Below are positions 53,872-63,757 of a stretch of DNA of 64,000 nucleotides, one piece after another. Location: contig JAFTCX010000042.1 in assembly GCA_017454485.1 (NCBI GenBank), positions 32,178-96,177 on the forward strand, written 5' to 3'. The notes beneath the pieces were generated by a model. It searched no databases, was not told the origin of the DNA, and saw only the letters and a program-made list of their open reading frames with translations. Origin of the DNA: Clostridia bacterium (GTDB taxonomy: Bacteria > Bacillota > Clostridia > Oscillospirales > Acutalibacteraceae). Both the position numbers and the translations under genes were made by a program. Numbering within the stretch: the stretch's first letter is position 1; the number at the start of each line of letters is the position of its first letter.

Positions 53872-55094
53872 GTTTTTCAGCGTTTTCTCCCAAAGGCATT
53901 GCCGACGCACCGGCTTCCAAATCGGCCGGGCACCGTATGCTGATCCTTGCCGCGCTCTCAGACGGTGAAAGCGAAATTCGAATGAAAACATCCAACGAAG
54001 ACATTGACGCAACGGTGCGCTGTTTGCAGCAGCTCGGAGCGACCATCACGCGCACAGACAGCGGATGGTCGGTCAATCCGATTTCAGCGCCGCCCGCTTC
54101 GGCAGTGCTCGACTGCGGCGAAAGCGGCTCCACACTGCGCTTTCTGGTGCCTATAGCCGCAGCGCTCGGTGTGAACGCAACTTTCACCGGGCACGGCAGA
54201 CTGCCGTTTCGCCCGATGGACCCGCTGAAAGAAGCGCTGAAAAAAAACGGCGTTGCAGTCAGCGAGGGGTTTCCGCTTGAGATCAGCGGCAAGCTGCAAA
54301 GCGGCAACTTCACTTTGCCGGGCAATGTCAGCTCGCAGTTTTTCACCGGATTGATGTTAGCGCTCACACGCACGAGCGAAAAGAGCGTTGTTCAAGTCAC
54401 GCCGCCGGTCGAATCCGCTTCCTATATGCGCCTGACACTGGAAACGCTGCGCCGATTCGGCGTTTCGGTCGACGAAAACCATGATGTCTACGCAATAACG
54501 CCCACCGTTCCGAAAAGCGGGGTTTACACAGTGGAAGGCGACTGGTCAAATGCCGCCGCCCTACTCTGCCTCGGTGCTGTGGTACGCGGACTTCATAAAA
54601 ACAGCGCACAGGGCGATTGCAAGGTGCTAAGTGTTCTGCAAGCGTTCGGCGCTGAAATTCACACAGAAAATGACGTTGTACAAGCAAAGCTTTCCGCGCT
54701 GCACGGAATCAACTTTGACGCGTCAGACATTCCCGACCTTGTGCCCGTGCTCGCCGCCGTTGCAGCAACAGCCAAAGGCACAACGCACATCAACAGTGCA
54801 GCGCGGCTGCGGCTCAAGGAAAGCGACCGCATCGAAAGCACCTGCGCGCTGATCAATACGCTCGGCGGCTTTGCACAAGCAACCGATGACGGAATCATCA
54901 TCCACGGAAAAACAGAACTTGCCGGCGGCACGGTTTCTTCCTTTGGCGATCATCGCATCGTCATGGCTGCCGCCGTTCTCGCACAAAATTGCAAAGCGCC
55001 TGTGATCGTAAAAGACGCGCAGGCGATCAACAAATCCTATCCGACTTTTTTTGAAACGCTGAAATCCATCGGAGGTGCACTTCATGTCCTGTAG
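53862..55094 (+). CDS. aroA: 3-phosphoshikimate 1-carboxyvinyltransferase (EPSP synthase)
   Basis: KSAGHRMLILAAL and LRLKESDRI motifs. The ATG at 53862 overlaps the aroB stop. Confidence 0.9.
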   Translation: MDVSFSAFSPKGIADAPASKSAGHRMLILAALSDGESEIRMKTSNEDIDATVRCLQQLGATITRTDSGWSVNPISAPPASAVLDCGESGSTLRFLVPIAAALGVNATFTGHGRLPFRPMDPLKEALKKNGVAVSEGFPLEISGKLQSGNFTLPGNVSSQFFTGLMLALTRTSEKSVVQVTPPVESASYMRLTLETLRRFGVSVDENHDVYAITPTVPKSGVYTVEGDWSNAAALLCLGAVVRGLHKNSAQGDCKVLSVLQAFGAEIHTENDVVQAKLSALHGINFDASDIPDLVPVLAAVAATAKGTTHINSAARLRLKESDRIESTCALINTLGGFAQATDDGIIIHGKTELAGGTVSSFGDHRIVMAAAVLAQNCKAPVIVKDAQAINKSYPTFFETLKSIGGALHVL

Positions 55095-56154
55095 TTTCGG
55101 TTCCAAATTTAAAATCACCGTGTTCGGCCAATCCCACAGTGACTGCATCGGCGTTGTCATCGACGGCGTTCCGGCAGGACTTCATCCGGATTTGGACGCG
55201 ATTTCGGCCTTTTTGCGCCGCCGCGCACCGGGCAAAGGTGCGCACACAACAGCACGCAAGGAGACGGACGCACCGCAGATCCTTTCCGGTATTGTGGACG
55301 GCGTCACCTGCGGCGCACCGCTGTGCGCGGTCATTCAAAACGAAAACCGCCGCTCCGGCGACTATGACGCGCTTAAAAACCTGCCGCGTCCGGGACACGC
55401 GGATTTTACCGCGTTTGAAAAATTTGACGGCTACGCGGACACACGCGGCGGCGGCAATTTTTCCGGCCGTATGACAGCGCCGCTTTGCTTTGCCGGCGCA
55501 ATCGCAAAGCAGATTTTGGCAGAAAGCGGCATTACCATCGGCGCACACATTTCACGGCTGGCGAAAATCGACGACGCGCCGTTTGATCCGATCGGCATAG
55601 ACGCGAAAACACTCAAACAGATTGCCGAAAAAGACTTTCCGGTGCTCAGAGACGATGTAAAGGACGCCATGCTCGCTGCGATTGCCGCCGCAAAAGAAGA
55701 CGGCGATTCCGTAGGCGGTGTGATCGAATGCGCGGCAGTCGGTCTGCCGGTCGGCTGGGGCGAACCGATCTTCGACGGCGCGGAAAGCATTATTTCGCAT
55801 CTGGTATTCGGCATTCCGGCGGTCAAGGGCATTGAGTTCGGTAGCGGCTTTGCAGGCGCAGATCTGCGCGGCAGCGAAAACAACGACGCGTTTACCGTAA
55901 AAAACGGCGAAATCACCACAAAAACGAACTGTCACGGCGGCATTCTCGGCGGCATCACAAGCGGACAACCCTTGATTTTCCGCGCGGCGATCAAACCGAC
56001 CCCGTCGATCGCCAAAGCGCAGACAACGGTCCATTTACAGACGCTGCAGGAAGAAACCATCACCATCGGCGGCAGACACGACCCGTGTATCGTGCCGCGT
56101 GCCGTTCCGTGTATGGAAGCGGCGATGGCGATTGCACTGTTGAATTTAGATTAA
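55084..56154 (+). CDS. aroC: Chorismate synthase
   Basis: FGQSHSDCIGVVIDG, RPGHADF and GGRHDPC motifs. Confidence 0.9.
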   Translation: MSCSFGSKFKITVFGQSHSDCIGVVIDGVPAGLHPDLDAISAFLRRRAPGKGAHTTARKETDAPQILSGIVDGVTCGAPLCAVIQNENRRSGDYDALKNLPRPGHADFTAFEKFDGYADTRGGGNFSGRMTAPLCFAGAIAKQILAESGITIGAHISRLAKIDDAPFDPIGIDAKTLKQIAEKDFPVLRDDVKDAMLAAIAAAKEDGDSVGGVIECAAVGLPVGWGEPIFDGAESIISHLVFGIPAVKGIEFGSGFAGADLRGSENNDAFTVKNGEITTKTNCHGGILGGITSGQPLIFRAAIKPTPSIAKAQTTVHLQTLQEETITIGGRHDPCIVPRAVPCMEAAMAIALLNLD

Positions 56155-56165
56155 GGAGGCAAAGC

Positions 56166-57302
56166 ATGGATTTAAAGGAACTCAGAAACGATATCGACAA
56201 CATCGACGACCAGATCACAAAGTTGTTTGTGCGGCGTATGGAAGACGCGGCACAAATTGCAAGCTGGAAAAAAGAGCATGAGACCGCTGTTACAGACACG
56301 TCGCGTGAACGGGAGATCATCAATAAGCAAACCGGCAATGTGCCCCCTGCACTAGCCGGTTACACCAAAGTGCTCTATCAGACGCTCTTTGACGTCAGCC
56401 GTTCCTATCAGCACAGCAAAAATCACGCCCTGTCCGCACTTTGCGCACAGATGGACCGTGTGATCGAAACCACGCCGAAAGAGCGGCCGGAACGCGCTGT
56501 TGTTGCCTGTCAGGGTGTGGAGGGCGCCTACTCTCAGCACGCCGCCGATAAAATGTTTAAATATCCTTCCATCCTCTATTTTTCCGGCTTTGAAGAGGTG
56601 TTCAAGGCAGTGGACAGCGGACTTTGCCGCTATGGCGTTTTGCCGGTGGAAAACAGCACCGCAGGTTCGGTGAATGAGGTGTATGACCTCATGCGCAAAT
56701 ACCGCTTTTATATCACGCACAGCTTGAAGCTGTTCATCGGTCACGCCCTGCTTGCTCCGGATGGCGCTTGTTTAAAGGATATCAAAGAGGTCTATTCCCA
56801 TCCGCAGGCGCTCGCGCAGTGTTCGGAATTCATTGCCAAGAACCAGTGGAAGGTGCACGCCTGTAAGAACACAGCAGAAGCCGCCAAACTCGTTGCCGAA
56901 AGCGGTCGCAAAGATATTGCCGCCATCGGCTCCAAGGACAACGCGGAGCTTTACGATTTGAACGTGCTCTCCACCGCTGTGCAGAACACGCAGAACAACT
57001 ACACGCGCTTCATTTGTATCTCCAAGGATCTCGAAATCTATCCCGGCGCGAACAAAACCAGCATCATGCTCACGCTGGCACACCGTCCCGGCTCGCTTTA
57101 CCACACGATCTCGCGCTTTGCTGCGTTGGATCTGAACCTGACAAAGCTGGAAAGCCGACCGATCGCGGGTTCCAACTTTGAGTTTATGTTTTATTTTGAC
57201 GTGGAAGCCTCGGTATACTCCCCTGCGCTGCGCACGCTCATCACAGAGCTGGAAGCGGAGTCGCAGCTTTTCACCTACCTCGGCTCCTACACGGAGGATT
57301 GA
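56166..57302 (+). CDS. pheA: Bifunctional chorismate mutase / prephenate dehydratase with ACT domain
   Basis: CM helix LRNDIDNIDDQITKLFVRRM. PDT VACQGVEGAYS...TRF...LESRP. AAGGAGG RBS. Confidence 0.9.
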   Translation: MDLKELRNDIDNIDDQITKLFVRRMEDAAQIASWKKEHETAVTDTSREREIINKQTGNVPPALAGYTKVLYQTLFDVSRSYQHSKNHALSALCAQMDRVIETTPKERPERAVVACQGVEGAYSQHAADKMFKYPSILYFSGFEEVFKAVDSGLCRYGVLPVENSTAGSVNEVYDLMRKYRFYITHSLKLFIGHALLAPDGACLKDIKEVYSHPQALAQCSEFIAKNQWKVHACKNTAEAAKLVAESGRKDIAAIGSKDNAELYDLNVLSTAVQNTQNNYTRFICISKDLEIYPGANKTSIMLTLAHRPGSLYHTISRFAALDLNLTKLESRPIAGSNFEFMFYFDVEASVYSPALRTLITELEAESQLFTYLGSYTED

Positions 57303-57304
57303 CC

Positions 57305-58537
57305 ATGAAGCAGCGTTTCGGCCTGCTCGGCCGCAAGCTATCTCATTCGCTTTCCCCGCAAATTCACGCGCTGTTCGGCGATTACAGCTATGAGCTGTTT
57401 GAGTGTGAGCCGGACGAACTTGACGCTTTCTTTGCTGATACGTCGCTCACGGGGTTTAATGTGACGATTCCCTATAAGCTCGAGGCCTTGCGGCGCTGTG
57501 ATGCACTGTCGGAAACGGCACAGCGTATCGGCGCAGTCAACACCGTGATCCGGCGCGCAGACGGCACACTGTTCGGCGACAACACCGACGCCTTCGGGTT
57601 TTCCTTCATGGCAGCGCAGTGCGGCGTGAGCTTTGAGGGCAAGAAGGTGCTCATTCTCGGCACCGGCGGCGCAAGCAGAACTGTGCAGACGGCAGCAGTC
57701 GACGGCGGTGCAAAAGAGATCGTTCTGATCAGCCGCAGCGGAGAAAACAACTATCAAAACCTCTCTTGCCACGCAGATGCAGATGTGCTCGTCAACACAA
57801 CGCCGGTCGGCATGTTCCCGAACAACTTGGAAGCGCCGCTCGATCTTACGCTGTTTCAAAACCGCCCGGCTGTGCTCGATCTGATCTATAACCCGCGCCG
57901 CACGGCATTGCTGTTGCAGGCACAGGCACTCGGCCTTCCCAACGCCAACGGTATGGCGATGCTGGTGGCGCAGGGAAAACGCAGTGCCGAGCTGTTTTTG
58001 GGTCAGCCGCTCGATGACAGCATCATTTCGCGCGCCACAAAAACGATGTTGCAAACACAATCAAATCTGGTGCTCATCGGTATGCCCGGCTGCGGAAAAT
58101 CCACCGTTGCCGCGCTGCTCGGAAAACGGCTCGGCCAAACGGTACTGGATACGGATGCAGAAGTGGAAGCGCAGGCAGGAAAAAGCATCCCGCAGATCTT
58201 TGCCGCGCAAGGCGAAGCTGCCTTTCGAAACGCGGAGACCGCCGCGTGTGAAGCGCTCGGCAAGCAGCTCGGCGCAGTCATCGCCACAGGCGGCGGCGCG
58301 ATCTTGCGCAAACGGAACCGCGATGCGCTGCGGCAAAACGGCGTGATCGTTTATTTACGCCGAAGCATTGACGCACTTGCGCGCGACGGGCGTCCGCTTT
58401 CCAAAGACAGGGCTGCGCTGCAGGCGATCTATCACGAACGCAAGGACATTTATGAAAGCTTTGCCGATTTCACGGTCGATGTGGACGACGACGCAAACGA
58501 AACGGCGGAAAGGATCCTCTCATGCATATTCTCGTAA
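57305..58537 (+). CDS. aroE/aroK: Shikimate dehydrogenase fused to shikimate kinase
   Basis: N-terminal SLSPQIHA...NVTIPYK...GTGGASR. C-terminal LIGMPGCGKSTV P-loop...GGG. Confidence 0.88.
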   Translation: MKQRFGLLGRKLSHSLSPQIHALFGDYSYELFECEPDELDAFFADTSLTGFNVTIPYKLEALRRCDALSETAQRIGAVNTVIRRADGTLFGDNTDAFGFSFMAAQCGVSFEGKKVLILGTGGASRTVQTAAVDGGAKEIVLISRSGENNYQNLSCHADADVLVNTTPVGMFPNNLEAPLDLTLFQNRPAVLDLIYNPRRTALLLQAQALGLPNANGMAMLVAQGKRSAELFLGQPLDDSIISRATKTMLQTQSNLVLIGMPGCGKSTVAALLGKRLGQTVLDTDAEVEAQAGKSIPQIFAAQGEAAFRNAETAACEALGKQLGAVIATGGGAILRKRNRDALRQNGVIVYLRRSIDALARDGRPLSKDRAALQAIYHERKDIYESFADFTVDVDDDANETAERILSCIFS

Positions 58538-58950
58538 TCAACGGACCGAACCTCAATATGCTCGGCATCCGTGAACCTGCTATCTACGGCAGCGGCACCT
58601 ATGCCTCGCTTTGTGAAATGATTCAAAAAAAAGCCGATGCGCTCGGCATCAGCGTAGAGTGTTTTCAATCGAACCACGAAGGCGCGCTGATCGACAAGAT
58701 TCAGGCAGCCTACGGCACAGCGGACGGAATCGTCATCAATCCCGGCGGCTATACGCATACCAGCGTTGCGATCCTTGACGCGCTCAAAGCGGTCGCGCTG
58801 CCGACGGTGGAGGTCCATATTTCCGATGTGGACAATCGCGAAGCGTTCCGGCAGATCTCTTACGTCGGGCTTTATGCCGAGCAGCGTTTCGCAGGCTTCG
58901 GTTTTGAAGGGTACTGCATGGCGCTGGAGTATCTCGTCAGCCGCGCATGA
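58522..58950 (+). CDS. aroQ: Type II 3-dehydroquinate dehydratase
   Basis: ILVINGPNLNMLGIREPAIYG...NPGGYTHTS...EVHISD. Confidence 0.9.
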   Translation: MHILVINGPNLNMLGIREPAIYGSGTYASLCEMIQKKADALGISVECFQSNHEGALIDKIQAAYGTADGIVINPGGYTHTSVAILDALKAVALPTVEVHISDVDNREAFRQISYVGLYAEQRFAGFGFEGYCMALEYLVSRA

Positions 58951-58968
58951 AAACTTGGAAAGAACAGC

Positions 58969-59008
58969 AAAGGCACCCGCCGGAAAAGCGGATGCCTTTT
59001 TGTTTTTA
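58969..59008. terminator. Hairpin terminator at the end of the aro operon (possibly shared with the convergent GH3 gene)
   Basis: AAGGCACCCGC-7 nt-GCGGATGCCTT (one mismatch) followed by TTTGTTTTTAT. Confidence 0.6.
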
Positions 59009-59066
59009 TATCTCTCGGCCTTCTGAATCCGGACCGTCAAGCTTGACGGACAGCCGAAAAAAATAA

Positions 59067-61520
59067 TTATTTCAGAATCTGTAAGCAGCAGGAACGATCG
59101 TCCGGCAGATGGCCGTCGGCAAATACGCGGTAGGCGCCTGGATACACACGGCGAACGCCGTCTGCACCGAACAGGGAAAAGCTTTCGTCATCGAGTGGGA
59201 AGCTGACGGTTTGCGCCTGTCCGGGTTTTAAATGAATGCGCTTGAAGCCTTTGAGCCGCACGCGCGGCTGGTTTTCCAGCCCGGCGGAATCGATATAGAG
59301 CTGCACAACCTCGTCCGAGGCGCACTCGCCGATATTTTTCACAGTGACAGCAACGCCGATGTCCGTTTGATGCAAATCGGAATAGGCAAAGCGTGTATAG
59401 GAAAGTCCGAAGCCGAAGTCATAGAGCGGTTTGATCTTTCGATACATATAAGTCCTGCCGTGTTCCATTTCATAATCGTCAAACGGCGGCAGATCCTCTG
59501 TTTTCACCGGGAAGGCCAGCGGCAGCCTTCCTGCGGGCGATTCTTTTCCAAACAGCAGATCGGCGATCGCCGTGCCGCCGCGTTCGCCCGGATACCAGAC
59601 TTCCAAAATCGCCGCAGCGTGCTCCGCGACCCAGGGAATCGACATCGCGCTGCCGTTTTCGAGCACCACGATCAGGTTTTCGTTGACTGCGTGCAGCTTT
59701 TTCAGCAGTGCGATCTGCTCTTTTGGCAAAGAAAGATCCAGCTTATCACGGCCCTCGCGCTCATATTGTATGCCGAGTCCGACCACAGCGATCACCGCAT
59801 CAGCGTTCGCCGCGGCAGCAGCCTCGGCGGAGAACGCGTCGTTCACATCTTCATCCGGGGTGATCTGCCAAAGCAGCGCGCAGGCGGGCTTATCGGTGTT
59901 CTTGACAAAGCGCAGCGTAAAGCTGATGTGCTCGCCGCGCTGAAGACGGATTCCTTCGCCGCTTTTGAGTGCGCCGTGATCGAGGGTAAGCTCCGGCGGC
60001 GAACATTTTGCGCTGCCGGACGCACGCACGTCAAAGCGGTAGGAGCCGGTATAGGGCGCTTCGATTTCACCGCGCCAAAGGATGGAAAAGAATTCTGTTG
60101 TGATCAGCGGATCGGGCATCTGATCGTCCCATTTGAATTCCAGAACGGCATCGCTGCGCTTTTTCGGCAGACCCGTGAACACATCGTTGTCGTAATAGCT
60201 GCCCTCCACGCCGCTTTCGCCGTCATGGAACAGGAACGCGGCCGGAACCGTTTGAAAATCTGCGCCCGTCTCAGTGTAGTTCCACGGTGTAAAACGCACG
60301 TTGACATTTTCATAGGCGCGAATACCCGCCAGCGGCGTGACCGGCGTGTGCACAGGTATGCCGCTGTAATCGCCAAACTGTGCAAGATCGGCATTGTTGC
60401 CGCAAAGCGCCACGGTGATGTCCGTTTGCCGCAGCGGAAGAATGCCGTTGTTTTTGAGCAGAACAGCGGATTTGACCGCCGCTTCATAGGCAAGTCGGCC
60501 GTGCGCTTCGCAGGCAATCACCGAAAACGGCGTCTGATACCAAGGCAGCGTTTTCGGGTCGTCAAACTGACCGGCTTTGATACGTGCAATCAACACGCGC
60601 GTCACAGCTTCGTTGATCCGATCTTCTGTGACACTGCCGTTTTCCAGCGCTTCCTTCAGATACATTTTAAAAAAATCCTCTCCGCATTCCAGATCAATGC
60701 CGGCGTTCAGCGCCGCAGCAGCGGCGGCGACTTCGTTCGGTTCTTTGTGGTGGGCATCCCACAGGCAGCTTACACCGCCGCAGTCGGACACAACATAGCC
60801 GTCAAAGCCCCATTCATCGCGCAGAATCTCCGTGAGCAAACGGTGATTTTCGTGGCAGGGCACACCGTTGATGCCGTTATAAGCCGCCATGACCGCTTCC
60901 GGTTGTCCCTCCTGCACCGCCATGCGAAACGGCTCAAGGTGGTATTCGCGCAGCGTTTTTTCGCTCATTTTCGCGTTGCAGGACAATCGGTTATGCTCTT
61001 CGTTATTGGCGGTAAAATGCTTCGGCGTTGCGATCGCTTTCAGATAGGTTTCATCATAGCCCTGAATGCCGCGCACAAATGCCGCGCCGCTTTTTCCGGC
61101 GAGGAACGGGTCTTCACCGTAGGTTTCCGCTGTTCTGCCCCAACGCGGGTCGCGCGCAAGATTCAGATCCGGCGACCAGAAGGTCAAAAGTCCGTTATAG
61201 CGACCCTCATAGGGTTTTCCGCCGTTTTCTTCACGTTCACCGTGAAAATACTTTGCACGCGCTTCCGTTGAGACAGCGTCTGCAATTTTTTCAAGAAAAG
61301 CGTCGTCAAACATTGCGCCGAACGCGATTGCCTGCGGAAACACTGTAAACTTTCCGGGGCGCACAACGCCATGCAGCGCCTCGTTACCGTGGTAATATTT
61401 CGGGATGCCCAACCGTTCAACAGCTTCGGCAGTCTCCACAATCAGGCTCAGCTTTTCTTCGAGCGTGAGCAGCGCAGTGAGCTTGCAGGCACGCGCACGC
61501 ACTTCGGGTGTTGTTTTCAT
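59067..61520 (-). CDS. Glycoside hydrolase family 3 beta-glycosidase with inserted PA14 domain
   Basis: GFDGYVVSDCGG nucleophile region and RDPRWGR. PA14-like insert (EGSYYDNDVF...FSILWRGEIEAPYTGSYRF). No signal peptide. Confidence 0.88.
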   Translation of the reverse strand: MKTTPEVRARACKLTALLTLEEKLSLIVETAEAVERLGIPKYYHGNEALHGVVRPGKFTVFPQAIAFGAMFDDAFLEKIADAVSTEARAKYFHGEREENGGKPYEGRYNGLLTFWSPDLNLARDPRWGRTAETYGEDPFLAGKSGAAFVRGIQGYDETYLKAIATPKHFTANNEEHNRLSCNAKMSEKTLREYHLEPFRMAVQEGQPEAVMAAYNGINGVPCHENHRLLTEILRDEWGFDGYVVSDCGGVSCLWDAHHKEPNEVAAAAAALNAGIDLECGEDFFKMYLKEALENGSVTEDRINEAVTRVLIARIKAGQFDDPKTLPWYQTPFSVIACEAHGRLAYEAAVKSAVLLKNNGILPLRQTDITVALCGNNADLAQFGDYSGIPVHTPVTPLAGIRAYENVNVRFTPWNYTETGADFQTVPAAFLFHDGESGVEGSYYDNDVFTGLPKKRSDAVLEFKWDDQMPDPLITTEFFSILWRGEIEAPYTGSYRFDVRASGSAKCSPPELTLDHGALKSGEGIRLQRGEHISFTLRFVKNTDKPACALLWQITPDEDVNDAFSAEAAAAANADAVIAVVGLGIQYEREGRDKLDLSLPKEQIALLKKLHAVNENLIVVLENGSAMSIPWVAEHAAAILEVWYPGERGGTAIADLLFGKESPAGRLPLAFPVKTEDLPPFDDYEMEHGRTYMYRKIKPLYDFGFGLSYTRFAYSDLHQTDIGVAVTVKNIGECASDEVVQLYIDSAGLENQPRVRLKGFKRIHLKPGQAQTVSFPLDDESFSLFGADGVRRVYPGAYRVFADGHLPDDRSCCLQILK

Positions 61521-61645
61521 AGAAGGACCTCGCTTTGTGTTCCGTCAACTCAGACGATTGTTTCTGTCAATCTCTCGCTTGTATTCTATTTCGGCTTGTC
61601 CAACAAATGTCCAACAAATCACCAAAATATATGTTAATAATTTGT

Positions 61646-61688
61646 AAAAAAAGATCCGCCGCTTTAACCGTTCAGCATCCGCGGCGGA
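61646..61688 (-). terminator. Terminator after the HAD lipoprotein gene
   Basis: On the minus strand, TCCGCCGC-18 nt-GCGGCGGA followed by TCTTTTTTT. Confidence 0.5.
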
Positions 61689-61716
61689 CCATGGATTTTA
61701 AAAGAATGTTCTTTCT

Positions 61717-62835
61717 TTACTTCGCTTCGGCGATCTTTGTCACACCGTCGCCGTAGATCGTTGTCCAGTCGTTTTTCATCGAAACAGGCACCCAGTCGAA
61801 CTCTTCGCAAAGACCGAACATCTTTTGTGCCTTTTCTTCATTGCCGTTTTCACGCTCGGTGTCATCGCAGCAAAGCATAATAGCCAGACTCTTATACGGG
61901 TTGTTGCTCGTGCAATATTCCGCCATGCTCGCGTCGCCGGTCGAGTTACCGAAGGAAAGCACCGGCTGCACGCCGATCTCCTGCATGATGACCGTGACCT
62001 TGTTCATCTTGAGGTTCTTCACAATAAAGTCACCGCCGAGCACCAGCTTGTCGTCGTCATCATAGACGTAGTTCAAACCGTCGGTATCACCCTGATCCGG
62101 CGCAACGAGCGTTTCATCGGAACCGATGATCTGGCTGTTCGGAAGATTCAGCGGAGAATTGTCGACGATGCCGCGGACGATGAAACGGTCTGTGCCGCTG
62201 ACAACATACACGGTGAAATCATTCGCCTGCAGATAGTCGATCACCTGCAGCATCGGCTGATACCAGCCTTCGCCGCGCGTCATGCCCGTAAAGCTCGGCA
62301 TGGGCTGCTTTTTGAATTCCTGGATGTAGGCGTTGAATTCGTCCACAGTCAGGCCGGAGAATGCAGAGGCAACCGCCTTGCCGTGATCGACTTCCAGTCC
62401 TTCAAACGAAGCGCCGGTCTCATTTTGTTCCTTGATCTTGTTTGCAACTTCCTTTTCAAAATCGCTTGCCTTGTCCTTGTAGTCGGGATCGTCAAGCACA
62501 CGGTATTTTAACAGGCAGTAATCAAAATAGTTCGGGTCGGTCTCGCAGAAGAGCGTGCCGTCAAGATCGAACACAGCGATGCGCTTTTCTACCGGAATAA
62601 AGTCCGCGCTGCCCTCTTTGGTGATCGCGTCCATATAGTCGATCAACGCTTTTTTTGCGGCGGCGTCCTGCGTCCAAAGCGAGAGGATCGATTCGCCGTC
62701 AACGGCGGACTGTGCGGCTTCAGGTGCTTGCGGCTGATTCTTCCAGCCGACACCGAAGCCATACAGGCAGCTCACAACGATCAGCAGGCACAGCAAAACG
62801 GCTGTAAGGGCTTTCCATGTTTTAATGTTTTTCAT
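61717..62835 (-). CDS. Secreted/lipoprotein HAD-superfamily hydrolase
   Basis: Signal peptide with Cys (LLIVVSC). HAD motif I FDLDGTLF. Later SGTDRF and GNSTGD motifs. Confidence 0.7.
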   Translation of the reverse strand: MKNIKTWKALTAVLLCLLIVVSCLYGFGVGWKNQPQAPEAAQSAVDGESILSLWTQDAAAKKALIDYMDAITKEGSADFIPVEKRIAVFDLDGTLFCETDPNYFDYCLLKYRVLDDPDYKDKASDFEKEVANKIKEQNETGASFEGLEVDHGKAVASAFSGLTVDEFNAYIQEFKKQPMPSFTGMTRGEGWYQPMLQVIDYLQANDFTVYVVSGTDRFIVRGIVDNSPLNLPNSQIIGSDETLVAPDQGDTDGLNYVYDDDDKLVLGGDFIVKNLKMNKVTVIMQEIGVQPVLSFGNSTGDASMAEYCTSNNPYKSLAIMLCCDDTERENGNEEKAQKMFGLCEEFDWVPVSMKNDWTTIYGDGVTKIAEAK

Positions 62836-62881
62836 AAGTGTAATTCATCCTTTCTAAATCTTATGAAAATGATGCGAGGGT

Positions 62882-63727
62882 TCAGCCTTCTTCGGAAGCG
62901 GCAGAAACCAGGTCCTTTGCGGCAGTCAGCGCAGCGGCAACGTCGGATGCAGCAATCTGCAGTTCTTGAGCTGTGGTGGTGCTGCTTGCAAGGAGCGCTT
63001 CCGCACGCTGCAGTCTGGTGTCAAGGTCGTCGGCAAATTCCGCAAACGACGCGTTATCTTTGATCTCATCATAATAGCTTCTCGCACCGGCAATCGCTTC
63101 GGAAAGCGCTGCTCTCGCTTCATCGGCAGCAGTTGCGGCAGCCGTTGAAACAGCCGTTGAAACAGCGGTGGAAACCGCTTCGCTCACACCGCTTTCGCTG
63201 ACGGCTTCACTTGCGGCGTCATCGCTGACCGGTTCGTTTTCGCCGGCGATTGCATCGCCTTCCACGGGAACAAGGGTGAACACCGTGCCGATCAGTTTGT
63301 CGGCTTCCTGCTCATCCTGCCATTCCAGTGTGCCGTTCTCATGGAACACAACGCGTCCGACGCCGTCGGTGTACTCCACGGTCTCCTGCGCAACCTCGCC
63401 GTTTTCGTCATAAACAACGTATTTCTTTTCGCCGTTGCTGTAATTGACGCGCAGCGTGTCAATGTCAAACAGGCCGCTCATGTTGTATTCATACGTTTCG
63501 GTTGCGCTCTGGCCCCAGGATGCGGTGATTTTCGCGTCGTTTTCGCCGTCGGCTGCCACAGTGATGGTGCAGCGGTCAGCGGCATAAACGCCGATAAAAT
63601 TCATCACGGGGTTTTGTCCATCTTTGACTTCCGGTTCGGGTTCTGTCTTTTTCCCGCAGGCTGCGAAAGCAAGAACAATGGCTGCGACCGCCAAAAGTGC
63701 GATCATGATTTTGAGTGTTTTTTTCAT
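62882..63727 (-). CDS. Lipoprotein of unknown function
   Basis: Lipobox LAFAAC. Ala/Ser/Glu-rich C-terminal half containing an AVST x3 repeat. Confidence 0.65.
   Translation of the reverse strand: MKKTLKIMIALLAVAAIVLAFAACGKKTEPEPEVKDGQNPVMNFIGVYAADRCTITVAADGENDAKITASWGQSATETYEYNMSGLFDIDTLRVNYSNGEKKYVVYDENGEVAQETVEYTDGVGRVVFHENGTLEWQDEQEADKLIGTVFTLVPVEGDAIAGENEPVSDDAASEAVSESGVSEAVSTAVSTAVSTAAATAADEARAALSEAIAGARSYYDEIKDNASFAEFADDLDTRLQRAEALLASSTTTAQELQIAASDVAAALTAAKDLVSAASEEG
63141..63176 (-). repeat. 12-bp tandem repeat x3 (GCCGTTGAAACA x2 plus a degenerate third copy) inside the lipoprotein gene
   Basis: Direct inspection. Encodes AVSTAVSTAVST. Confidence 0.85.
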
Positions 63728-63757
63728 CTGAGATGACCTCCTTAAAAGAATTACAAA

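Noticed and set aside
59034-59049. Perfect 16-nt palindrome CCGTCAAGCTTGACGG, 18 nt past the GH3 stop codon.
   Set aside because: It is only a 6-bp stem with a 4-nt loop, and no U-tract follows on either strand. It is not convincing as a terminator, there is no second copy in the window, and I have no evidence for a binding protein.
59232-61271. 679-aa plus-strand ORF.
   Set aside because: It is antisense to the GH3/PA14 glycosidase gene.
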